Shown here piece after piece: positions 37,189 to 44,553 of a DNA stretch of 64,000 bases (within the stretch, counting starts at the first letter, position 1; each line of letters starts with the position of its first letter). The notes beneath the pieces were generated by a model. The model was given only the letters and a program-made list of their open reading frames with translations, was not told where the DNA came from and did not search any database. Made by a program: the position numbers and the translations under genes. The DNA comes from Acidimicrobiia bacterium (lineage in GTDB: Bacteria; Actinomycetota; Acidimicrobiia; Acidimicrobiales; JANYDT01), in the NCBI GenBank assembly GCA_031385545.1, contig JANNBN010000130.1, positions 16,852 through 80,851 on the forward strand. The letters are read 5' to 3'.

Positions 37189-38571
37189 GTGCTGCAAGGG
37201 ATCACCAACGCCGCCAACATCGTGGTGGTCCTGTCGCTGGTCTATCTGATCGGGGTCATGATCTCCGGGCGTCACCAGCCCGAGGTGCCGATCGGCTCAA
37301 CCGACCATCTCACGCCGGTGTTCATCGTCCCGTGCCTCAACGAAGAGCGGGTGATCGGGCAGACGCTTGACCGGCTTCTCGCCATTCACCGCGCGCTCGT
37401 CGTCGTGATCGACGACGGGTCAGATGACGCCACGGCCGAAGTGGTGCGCAAACGCCAGAACGACCGGGTGCTACTTGCACAGCGGACTCTCCCGCACGCA
37501 CGCCACGGCAAAGGCGCAGCGCTGAACTACGGCTTCGGTCGGCTGGTTGACTGGGCCACAGGTCGAGGCGTGGACCCTGCCGACACAATCGTCTGTGTGA
37601 TGGACGCCGACGGCGTCATCGACGAGCAGGCCGTCGACCGGGTGTTGCCGTATTTTCTCGACCGTCAGGTCGCCGGCTGCCAGATCCTGGTGCGAATCCG
37701 CAACCGCCACAAGCTCATCGGGCGCATGCAGGACGTGGAGTTCACCACGTTCACCGAGCTGGTGCAGAGCGGCCGCCAGAACATCGGCTCGTCGGGACTG
37801 GGCGGGAACGGACAGTTCACCCGCCTTGGAGCGCTCGAAGAACTGGGCACGCACCCCTGGTCGGATTGCCTGGTCGAGGACCTGGATCTTGGCCTGCAGC
37901 TTCTCGCGAAGGGGTGGGACCTCCGAGTCTGCACCGACACGTTCGTTGCCCAACAGGGGCTCGAAAGCGTCAGCCGCCTCGTACGGCAGCGAACCCGCTG
38001 GGTGCAGGGCCTGTTCCAGACCTGGCGTCGGATCCCGTCCATCCTTGCGTCACCCATGAAGCTGCGGGCACAGATGGATGTGCTGTATGCCCTCGTCTTC
38101 CCCGGGATCGTGGCGGTTGTGTGGCCGATCGTCATCCTGGTCGCTCACGCATACATGCTGTCGTTGGTTCTCTCGAGCAAGGTCGGCGCAGCCTTTGGAA
38201 GCCCGCGCTGGTGGGCTGCGATCGCCGTGTGGTACTCGTTCACGTTCGGCCCGGCGCTGTACCTGATGTTCCACTATCGGCGCCGAACGGGCGAGATGAC
38301 GAGGGTCGGCGCATTCCTCAACGCCCACGTCTACGCCCTGTTTCAGCTCATCTGGTACATCGCCGGATGGAAGGCGATGGCCCGCATCATCACGCGTCGT
38401 CATGGCTGGGTGAAGACCGAGCGGTACGACGAGCCGGACCAGCCACCGTTGCAAATCGAATCGAACCCGAGTGGGTACCTTGCCGCGACCCCGTCCACCG
38501 GGAACACCGGCGCAGCCGACTCGGCAGGGCGATCGGCCCCCGATCCTGGCGTTTCACAACCCGGCACCTGA
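37189..38571 (+). CDS. Membrane-embedded processive family-2 glycosyltransferase (PgaC/NodC/cellulose-synthase-like)
   Basis: 460 aa, GTG start. Motifs IVPCLNEE, DDGSDD, MDADG, VEDLDLG and QRTRWVQG (Q-x-x-R-W). N- and C-terminal TM helices. Confidence 0.85.
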   Translation: MLQGITNAANIVVVLSLVYLIGVMISGRHQPEVPIGSTDHLTPVFIVPCLNEERVIGQTLDRLLAIHRALVVVIDDGSDDATAEVVRKRQNDRVLLAQRTLPHARHGKGAALNYGFGRLVDWATGRGVDPADTIVCVMDADGVIDEQAVDRVLPYFLDRQVAGCQILVRIRNRHKLIGRMQDVEFTTFTELVQSGRQNIGSSGLGGNGQFTRLGALEELGTHPWSDCLVEDLDLGLQLLAKGWDLRVCTDTFVAQQGLESVSRLVRQRTRWVQGLFQTWRRIPSILASPMKLRAQMDVLYALVFPGIVAVVWPIVILVAHAYMLSLVLSSKVGAAFGSPRWWAAIAVWYSFTFGPALYLMFHYRRRTGEMTRVGAFLNAHVYALFQLIWYIAGWKAMARIITRRHGWVKTERYDEPDQPPLQIESNPSGYLAATPSTGNTGAADSAGRSAPDPGVSQPGT

Positions 38572-38606
38572 CCTCGCCGGGCGCCGCTCGCCCGCATCGG
38601 TCTTCT

Positions 38607-38633
38607 CCAACGTTGCTGAGAACCCAACGTTGG
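38607..38633. repeat. Two copies of the dispersed CCAACGTTG(G/C) element just after the GT2 stop
   Basis: CCAACGTTGCTGAG at 38607-38620 and CCAACGTTGG at 38624-38633. Confidence 0.8.
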
Positions 38634-38660
38634 TTCCAGGGCAGAGGGTTTGGTCGGATG

Positions 38661-38705
38661 GTGTGGTTTTGCTGCCGGCCAAGTGTGGTTTTTGCTGCCG
38701 GCCAG
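38661..38705. repeat. 22/23-nt direct tandem duplication
   Basis: gtgtggttttgctgccggccaa followed by gtgtggtttttgctgccggccag. Confidence 0.8.
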
Positions 38706-38763
38706 GCGGGTTGCTCGGGGTGACCAGCGGTCCGAGTTTCGATTGGCCACCCGACCAAACAAA

Positions 38764-38799
38764 GTGGGCGTGCTCTGCAGGTGTGGGCGTGCTCTGCAG
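38764..38799. repeat. 17/19-nt direct tandem duplication
   Basis: gtgggcgtgctctgcag followed by gtgtgggcgtgctctgcag. Confidence 0.8.
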
Positions 38800-38874
38800 G
38801 GATGCTGGAGACACCCGAACCTGCTGGGGACGCCCGCACCAGGCCTGGCCGAGCTCAGAGGCTTCGAGTCCACC

Positions 38875-38951
38875 GGAATAGTTTTTCATGATTTGTAATT
38901 ACTTTTCATGCTCTATCATGATATCTTCGCAACCCGATTTTGTTTGGAGGC
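38875..38951 (+). promoter_or_regulatory. AT-rich palindrome-rich putative promoter/operator region plus SD for the 38955 cassette
   Basis: About one-third GC over ~70 nt by my count, against ~two-thirds in the flanks. Palindromes TCATGA (38886-38891), GTAATTAC (38895-38902) and TATCATGATA (38914-38923). TTTTCATG repeated at 38883 and 38903. GGAGG at 38947-38951, 3 nt before the ATG. Confidence 0.45.
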
Positions 38952-38954
38952 TCC

Positions 38955-39317
38955 ATGCCAAGCTGGCAACCCGATTGGTCCGACGTTCCGTTTGATCACC
39001 CCGCAGCGCATGAGTACGCGGCGGTGTGTCGGCGGACCAGTGCGACACTGCGCCACATCGCCGAACAGCGCACATATCTCGCGTCCCAGGCCGTGGTCGA
39101 CTGGGAAGGCCCGAAGCGGGTCCGTTTCGACGGCGACATCGCGCGCTGGAATACCGAGGCGTCGACCGTGGCCGACCAACTCCTTGCGGTTGCCGCCCGG
39201 GTCGAGGCGGCCTCCGACACGGCTCGCCATTTCCAAGCACAACGCGAGGCCGGTCGCGTTCGCTGGTGGGCTGAGCGGCAGACGGAAGAGTCGGCAGCCG
39301 AGGCAGCCTCCCGGTGA
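38955..39317 (+). CDS. Hypothetical ~120-aa helical protein with a central W-E-G turn (WXG100-like layout)
   Basis: MPSWQPDWSDVPFDHPAAHEYAAVCRR...QAVVDWEGPKRVRFDGDIARWNTEAS...AARVEAASDTARHFQ. Two long predicted helices flank WEG. Strong SD. GC-rich third codon positions. Family assignment is unverified. Confidence 0.5.
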   Translation: MPSWQPDWSDVPFDHPAAHEYAAVCRRTSATLRHIAEQRTYLASQAVVDWEGPKRVRFDGDIARWNTEASTVADQLLAVAARVEAASDTARHFQAQREAGRVRWWAERQTEESAAEAASR

Positions 39318-39592
39318 GCGGGCTGTCACACAGAATGTCCAGTGCGGTGCCAGTGCGACTTCGGCGCTTCGTCGCTCGCGATTCCGACCTGCTCGTGGTC
39401 CTGCTGACGTCCGTGTCGGCGCTCCGCCTGCTGGCGGATCGACAGACGCTCACCTCGCCACCCGGGTCGGGCATCGGGTTCGATGCCGCACCCGTCGAAC
39501 CGCTTGCTCGTCTGTACCGGTCGGGCAACGCAACTGACGTTCGGGTGCTCAAGGTCGCCGCCAGCTTCGACCGGGCGGACCGCCGGTCCTGA
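39314..39592 (+). CDS. Hypothetical 92-aa protein, translationally coupled to 38955..39317
   Basis: GTG start in a GTGA overlap with the upstream stop (an alternative ATG lies at 39335). GC-rich third positions. No recognisable motif. Confidence 0.4.
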   Translation: MSGLSHRMSSAVPVRLRRFVARDSDLLVVLLTSVSALRLLADRQTLTSPPGSGIGFDAAPVEPLARLYRSGNATDVRVLKVAASFDRADRRS

Positions 39593-39609
39593 CGCACCTC
39601 GACGATGCA

Positions 39610-39638
39610 CCGTGCAGGACCCACTTGGACCTGCACGG
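39610..39638 (+). terminator. Stem-loop closing the two-gene cassette
   Basis: CCGTGCAGG (39610-39618) pairs with CCTGCACGG (39630-39638). Two further C-G pairs lie inside. Located 18 nt after the stop at 39592. No U-tract. Confidence 0.45.
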
Positions 39639-39660
39639 CGGCAACGGCCAGACTGACGCC

Positions 39661-40086
39661 ATGAGCACGATCAGCACCACGAGCACGCCAACCAGCAGCC
39701 CCATCGCTCACGTCAGCTACCTCGTGCTGGGCGACGACCCGCATCTGGTGGCCAACGAATGCGTTGGGTGCGGCGCTCGATTCTTCGATCGGCGCAACGC
39801 CTGCGCCGGGTGCTTCGGGACCGAATTCCGGCAGGTCGCAATCGAGACCACCGGTGAGGTGCGGTCGTTCACCATCGTGACGTTTGCGGCGCCCGGCGTG
39901 CCAGTTCCGTTCGTGGCAGCAGTCGTTGATTGCGGCGGCACCAGCGTGCGCGCCAACTTGGTGAACGTCGAGCCATCGCCTGACCATGTCCGGCTGGGCA
40001 TGAAGGTTCGCCTGGTCCTCACGTCGCTCGGCACCGACACCCAAGGAGTCGAAGCAGTCAGCTTCGCCTTCGAGCCGAACTCGTGA
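39661..40086 (+). CDS. DUF35 OB-fold/zinc-ribbon protein (thiolase partner)
   Basis: CVGCGARFFDRRNACAGC zinc ribbon followed by an OB-fold region. Start set to ATG 39661, because the track TTG start at 39625 lies inside the hairpin. Confidence 0.8.
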   Translation: MSTISTTSTPTSSPIAHVSYLVLGDDPHLVANECVGCGARFFDRRNACAGCFGTEFRQVAIETTGEVRSFTIVTFAAPGVPVPFVAAVVDCGGTSVRANLVNVEPSPDHVRLGMKVRLVLTSLGTDTQGVEAVSFAFEPNS

Positions 40087-40134
40087 CACCCCAAACCCGC
40101 TTCATCACGTTCGCCAACACCTAGGAGCACCACC

Positions 40135-41340
40135 ATGGCCAGCAGCTCAGACATCTGGATCCTCGGCATCAACATGACCAAGTTCGGTAAGCACACTGAT
40201 AAAGACATCGTCGATCTCGGGGCGCAAGCGGCGATGGCTGCCGTCGCCGATGCGGGTGTGACCATGAAGGACATCGGCATCCTGGCCGCCGGCAACCTGA
40301 TGGGACGCGGCGCAATCGCGCAGAGCCTGCAGAAGCAGATCGGCCAGACGGGTATTCCGGCATACAACGTCAGCAACGCCTGCGCCACCGGTGCCACTGC
40401 CCTTCGTGTCGCCATCATGGCGATCAAAGCGGGCGAGACCGACATGGGGATGGCAGTCGGTGTCGAGAAGCTTGCCGGTGCCGGTCTGTTGGGCGCCTCC
40501 CCGGCCAAGAGCAGCGATGGGACGTGGCAGCGCGAGGGCCGGTACGGAGCAGTGGCCGGTATCGACGGCCGCATCGGAACCGACAACATGCCGGGCACGT
40601 TCGCGCAGGTCGGCATGGAATACGGGCACAAGTACGGCGGAGTCGATTTCGAGCTGTTCGCGAAGATCTCTGAGAAGAACCACGCGCATTCCACACTCAA
40701 CCCGTTGGCCGCGTACACCAAGGCGATGTCGCTCGAACAGATCATGAACGAGCCGATGATCGCGTATCCCAACACGCGTGCCATGTGCTCTGCTAACTGC
40801 GACGGAGCAGCTGCAGCAGTTGTGGTCAGCGGCGAGAAACTACGTACGCTTAGCTTAGAGCAGCAGCGCCGCGCGGTGAAGGTGAGCGCGTCCATCCTCA
40901 CCAGCGACCCGTATCAAGAGGCGTGCCAGGTACTGCCCGATGTGAACACGCTCACCAAGATCGCGGCGAAGCAGGCCTACGAGCAGGCCGGTATCGGCCC
41001 TGAAGACCTCAGCCTGGTGGAACTGCACGACTGCTTTGCAACGGCCGAGCTGGTGCACTACGACAACCTCGGCCTCTGTGAAGAGGGCGGCGCGGTCGAC
41101 TTCTTCAATTCGGGCGCACCATGGCGCCACGGTCGGATGCCGGTCAACGTGTCCGGTGGTCTGCAGTCAAAGGGCCACCCCATCGCCGCAACCGGCATCG
41201 CCAACATCTGGGAGGTCTGCCAGCACCTCCGCAGCGAAGCGGGGCCACGCCAGATCGAAGGAGCAAAGGTCGGCCTCGCCCACGTCATCGGGCTCGCATC
41301 CGCCTGCGGAATCCACATCCTGGAGAAGTCAGCCGCCTGA
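40135..41340 (+). CDS. SCP-x-type thiolase-like protein (lipid-transfer-protein/thiolase family)
   Basis: 401 aa. NVSNACATGATAL nucleophile region. C-terminal NVSGGLQSKGHPIAATG. Typical pairing with DUF35. Confidence 0.85.
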   Translation: MASSSDIWILGINMTKFGKHTDKDIVDLGAQAAMAAVADAGVTMKDIGILAAGNLMGRGAIAQSLQKQIGQTGIPAYNVSNACATGATALRVAIMAIKAGETDMGMAVGVEKLAGAGLLGASPAKSSDGTWQREGRYGAVAGIDGRIGTDNMPGTFAQVGMEYGHKYGGVDFELFAKISEKNHAHSTLNPLAAYTKAMSLEQIMNEPMIAYPNTRAMCSANCDGAAAAVVVSGEKLRTLSLEQQRRAVKVSASILTSDPYQEACQVLPDVNTLTKIAAKQAYEQAGIGPEDLSLVELHDCFATAELVHYDNLGLCEEGGAVDFFNSGAPWRHGRMPVNVSGGLQSKGHPIAATGIANIWEVCQHLRSEAGPRQIEGAKVGLAHVIGLASACGIHILEKSAA

Positions 41341-41375
41341 CACTCTGATTTCGCGGCGCGGGATCTGGGCCGTCG

Positions 41376-41387
41376 ATTTCATGAAAT
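41376..41387. promoter_or_regulatory. Perfect 12-bp palindrome ATTTCATGAAAT upstream of the CHRD gene (candidate operator)
   Basis: Lies in a locally AT-rich stretch 87 nt upstream of the ATG at 41474. It shares the TCATGA core with the palindromes at 38886-38923. Confidence 0.35.
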
Positions 41388-41473
41388 TGTCCTCAAAATT
41401 GAATCCACGTGCGGTTTGCCTACGAACTGCGTGGAAGCGAGCCACCCTCGCCGTCACCTATAAGGAGATTCAG

Positions 41474-42085
41474 ATGATTGGAACCAGGACCCGCATCTCG
41501 ATTGTGGGAGCTACCGTGCTGTTCGTCGCCGGGATCGGCGTCGCACAGGCCGGCCATGTCAATCGAGTAACCGAAGGAAGCCTGACCGGGAGACAAGAAG
41601 TCGGTCCTGCGGAGAACAACAAGATCGTCGGCGATCCCAACGGGCGAGGTGAGGTCTACGTCTTTGGTATCGACAACGACGTCGTCGGAACAACGACGAC
41701 GGTCAACTCCGGGACGCTTTGTTACGTGCTCACCGTGGACAAGGTTGCCCAGTTGGACCAAGCCCCTGGCAACGGCCGCGCCGCCCACATCCATCGAGGA
41801 ACCGCCGGGACCAATGGCCCCGTGGTCGCCAACCTTGCATGGCCCCAGGACGGCCAGTCTGCTGACTGCATCAGCGAGGGCGAAAACGCAAAATTCACCG
41901 CTCCGGTCCCACCCGGAATCGTCCAAGAAATCCTGCAGTACCCAGAGAACTTCTACGTCAACATCCACAATACGGAATACCCGGGCGGTGCGATCCGCGC
42001 CCAGCTCCGGATGCAGGGCTCTGGCAACGACAGGTCGGACAGAGGCGGGAAGGGCGACGACTCAAAAGAGCATCAGCACGGCTGA
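41474..42085 (+). CDS. Secreted CHRD-domain protein
   Basis: 203 aa from the ATG at 41474, preceded by AAGGAG. Signal-like N-terminus. GRAAHIHRGTAGTNGPVV and FYVNIHNTEYPGGAIRAQL are typical CHRD motifs. Confidence 0.75.
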   Translation: MIGTRTRISIVGATVLFVAGIGVAQAGHVNRVTEGSLTGRQEVGPAENNKIVGDPNGRGEVYVFGIDNDVVGTTTTVNSGTLCYVLTVDKVAQLDQAPGNGRAAHIHRGTAGTNGPVVANLAWPQDGQSADCISEGENAKFTAPVPPGIVQEILQYPENFYVNIHNTEYPGGAIRAQLRMQGSGNDRSDRGGKGDDSKEHQHG

Positions 42086-42120
42086 TGGCTTGAGCAGTCT
42101 TGAGTAGAAGCCGGTTGTTC

Positions 42121-42148
42121 GACCGTCTGCACCCCTGTGCAGACGGTC
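42121..42148. terminator. Perfect 12-bp stem hairpin between convergent CHRD and glmS genes (bidirectional terminator candidate)
   Basis: GACCGTCTGCAC-ccct-GTGCAGACGGTC. Confidence 0.6.
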
Positions 42149-42194
42149 AAGCAGCTCGATGCGAACGCTGGTCTTTGCTGTTGCTCCGGCTTGC

Positions 42195-44012
42195 CTATTC
42201 GACGGTGACGGACTTTGCCAGGTTGCGGGGCTGGTCCACGTCACGGCCCAGCTTGGTTGCAGCGTGATAGGCGAGCAGCTGCAGCGGGATGTTGAGCAGG
42301 ATCGGGTCCAGCTCGTCGCACACGCTCGGAATCGTGATCACGTCATCGGCAAGGCTCGCATCGATCGGGCGCTGGGTGATGGCAATCACCGGGCCCTTGC
42401 GAGCACGGACCTGTTGGATGGACGAGAGGTTCTTCTCGAAGAGGTCGTCGTTCGGAAGCACCACGACCGTTGGGAACGTCTCGGAGATCAGCGCGATCGG
42501 ACCGTGCTTCAGTTCAGCCGCCGCATACGCCTCGGCGTGGATATAGCTGACCTCCTTGAGCTTCAGGGCGCCTTCGAGCGCGATCGGATAACCGGTGTTG
42601 CGGCCGATGAAGAACATGGAGCTGTAGTCCTTGTACTTGTCGGCGACCGCGGCGATCTGATCCTCGAGTGCCAGCACGGCGCGCACGCTTGCGGGGAGGG
42701 CTTTGAGTCCTGCGATGATGCGACGACCATCGCTGGGGCCGAGGTCGCGGACACGGCCGAGATGCAGGCCAAGCAGCGCGAACGACACGAGCATGGAGGT
42801 GAACACCTTCGTCGACGCGACGCTGACTTCGGGGCCGGCGTGCATGTAGATGCCGTCACACTCACGGGCGATGGTTGACCCGACCACGTTGACCACGGCC
42901 ATCACCTGGCCGCCCTTGCGCTTGATCTCCATCACCGCAGCAAGCGTGTCGGCCGTCTCGCCGGACTGCGACACCGCGACGTACAGCACGTCTGGTTCGA
43001 TGACAGGGTTGCGGTAGCGGAACTCGCTGGCGCTCTCGGCGTCGGAAGGGATACGCGCCATGTTCTCGATCATCTGCGCGCCTGCGATGCCGGCGTTCAA
43101 CGCCGTGCCGCAACCGAGGAACTTGACCCGGCGGATACCCATCAGCTCGCGGGCGGTCATGTTGACACCGCCGAGGTGTGCTGTGTTGAAACGCTCATCA
43201 AGGCGACCGCGCAGTGCACGTTCGATTGCGTCTGGCTGCTCGTGGATCTCTTTGCGGAGGAAGTGCTCGTAGCCGCCCTTGTCGAGCTGTTCGATGTTCC
43301 ACGTGACGTCGAGGACGCGCTTCTGGGTGGGCGTTGCGTCGAGCTGGAACGTGCGGTAGCCGTCGGCCTTGAGGACAGCCATTTCACCGTCGTCGAGCGG
43401 AACGACCTGTTTGGTGTGGCGCACCATGGCGGTGACGTCTGACCCGACGAGCATCTCTTTGTCGCCGATGCCGATGATGACCGGCGAACCGTTGCGGGCG
43501 ACCACGATGCGGTCGGGCTGCGACGCGTCGATGACGCAGATGCCATAAGTCCCCTCCACCATCGCAAGCGTGAGACGCAGCGAATCCTCGAGGTTGTGGC
43601 CCTCGGCCCGGTGCTGCGCCACAAGGTGGACCAACGTTTCGGTGTCGGTCTCGGAGAGGAACACCACACCGTTGGCTTCCAGCTTCATCCGGAGTTCTGC
43701 GGCGTTCTCGATGATGCCGTTGTGAACCAGCGCAACGGTGCCTGACACGTGCGGGTGCGCGTTGACGTCGTTCGGCTCACCGTGGGTTGCCCAACGGGTG
43801 TGGCCGATGGCCGGATGGCCGCTCAGCTTTTTCGGCAACGCTGCTTCAAGCTCGCGCAGCTTGCCCTTCTTCTTGATGACCTTCAGCTCACCCTTCGGAC
43901 CCACCAGTGCAATGCCCGCGGAGTCATATCCCCGGTACTCGACGCGCTGCAACCCTTCAAGCAGGATCGGCAGGCCGTCCCGTGGTCCGATGTATCCGAC
44001 GATGCCGCACAT
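42195..44012 (-). CDS. glmS: Glutamine--fructose-6-phosphate aminotransferase
   Basis: 605 aa from the ATG at 44012 (MCGIVGYIG, giving the N-terminal Cys after Met removal). Two SIS domains. C-terminal KSVTVE. Confidence 0.95.
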   Translation of the reverse strand: MCGIVGYIGPRDGLPILLEGLQRVEYRGYDSAGIALVGPKGELKVIKKKGKLRELEAALPKKLSGHPAIGHTRWATHGEPNDVNAHPHVSGTVALVHNGIIENAAELRMKLEANGVVFLSETDTETLVHLVAQHRAEGHNLEDSLRLTLAMVEGTYGICVIDASQPDRIVVARNGSPVIIGIGDKEMLVGSDVTAMVRHTKQVVPLDDGEMAVLKADGYRTFQLDATPTQKRVLDVTWNIEQLDKGGYEHFLRKEIHEQPDAIERALRGRLDERFNTAHLGGVNMTARELMGIRRVKFLGCGTALNAGIAGAQMIENMARIPSDAESASEFRYRNPVIEPDVLYVAVSQSGETADTLAAVMEIKRKGGQVMAVVNVVGSTIARECDGIYMHAGPEVSVASTKVFTSMLVSFALLGLHLGRVRDLGPSDGRRIIAGLKALPASVRAVLALEDQIAAVADKYKDYSSMFFIGRNTGYPIALEGALKLKEVSYIHAEAYAAAELKHGPIALISETFPTVVVLPNDDLFEKNLSSIQQVRARKGPVIAITQRPIDASLADDVITIPSVCDELDPILLNIPLQLLAYHAATKLGRDVDQPRNLAKSVTVE

Positions 44013-44095
44013 GTGTGTCTCGCTTTCGACACCGACCGACGGCGCCACGATGAAGGTTTGGTTACAGGGTGAAGCAGGTGAAAGGTGAAGCAGGA

Positions 44096-44383
44096 CTAGC
44101 CGTAGACGATGCGACGAAGCTGACGCTCGCTCAGGATCGGGGGAGCTACCACCCGGGCTGTGAGTTCGCGACGGACAATCGACCAGATCGCCGCGTTGTG
44201 CTGGCCGTTGGCCTGCAGTTCACGGTGACGCCGTCTGACGTACCGCTCGATGGTCTCACCGTGGTGGGCGACCACCTCGGCAATCACCCGAACAAGGACA
44301 GTCCGTGAGAGCTGAGTGGTCCGCTCGAGTTGGTCGAGCAGATCCTCCAGATCGGGCTGGCCAGGCTGGCTGTCATCCGTCAT
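44096..44383 (-). CDS. Hypothetical 95-aa protein upstream of glmS (possible small HTH-like protein)
   Basis: MTDDSQPGQPDLEDLLDQLERTTQLSRT...SERQLRRIVYG. Helical. No secure family match from memory. Confidence 0.4.
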   Translation of the reverse strand: MTDDSQPGQPDLEDLLDQLERTTQLSRTVLVRVIAEVVAHHGETIERYVRRRHRELQANGQHNAAIWSIVRRELTARVVAPPILSERQLRRIVYG

Positions 44384-44553
44384 GCGGACCCCAGTAAACC
44401 AGAATGGACGGCAAAACAGGACAAACTTGCCCGCATTCGGGCTGAATCACCTTATTTTAGACAATTTCATCTCATTTATTTTGATGAGAAGGGATAAAAA
44501 AGCCCTCACACCGGGATCACTGATCGTTCGCAGTATCCGGTGAAGATGGGTTC

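Noticed and set aside
38554-38889. A 111-aa minus-strand ORF starting in the AT-rich region (MKNYSGG...).
   Set aside because: It runs through all three repeat families and into the GT2 3' end. It has no SD and is most likely non-coding.
38875-38945. The AT-rich palindromic segment as a dif site or replication origin.
   Set aside because: It has no recognisable XerC/D-type 11-6-11 architecture and no DnaA-box cluster or dnaA/dnaN context. Its position directly upstream of an SD plus ATG fits a promoter/operator better.
38955-39592. Calling the cassette a type VII secretion (ESX) locus.
   Set aside because: No EccC/EssC ATPase, EccB/D or mycosin genes are in the window. Only the WxG-hairpin layout of one protein supports the idea, so it stays a hypothesis.
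38899-40089. A 396-aa minus-strand ORF covering the small-gene cassette and DUF35 gene. The same applies to 39717..40901 antisense to the thiolase.
   Set aside because: These are Arg/Pro/Gly/Ser-rich low-complexity translations typical of antisense frames in high-GC DNA. The plus-strand genes have recognisable domains, SD sequences and GC-rich third positions.
44013-44095. A glmS ribozyme upstream of glmS.
   Set aside because: Only 83 nt separate glmS from the upstream co-directional CDS, which is too short for the ribozyme core. I could not see its conserved segments.
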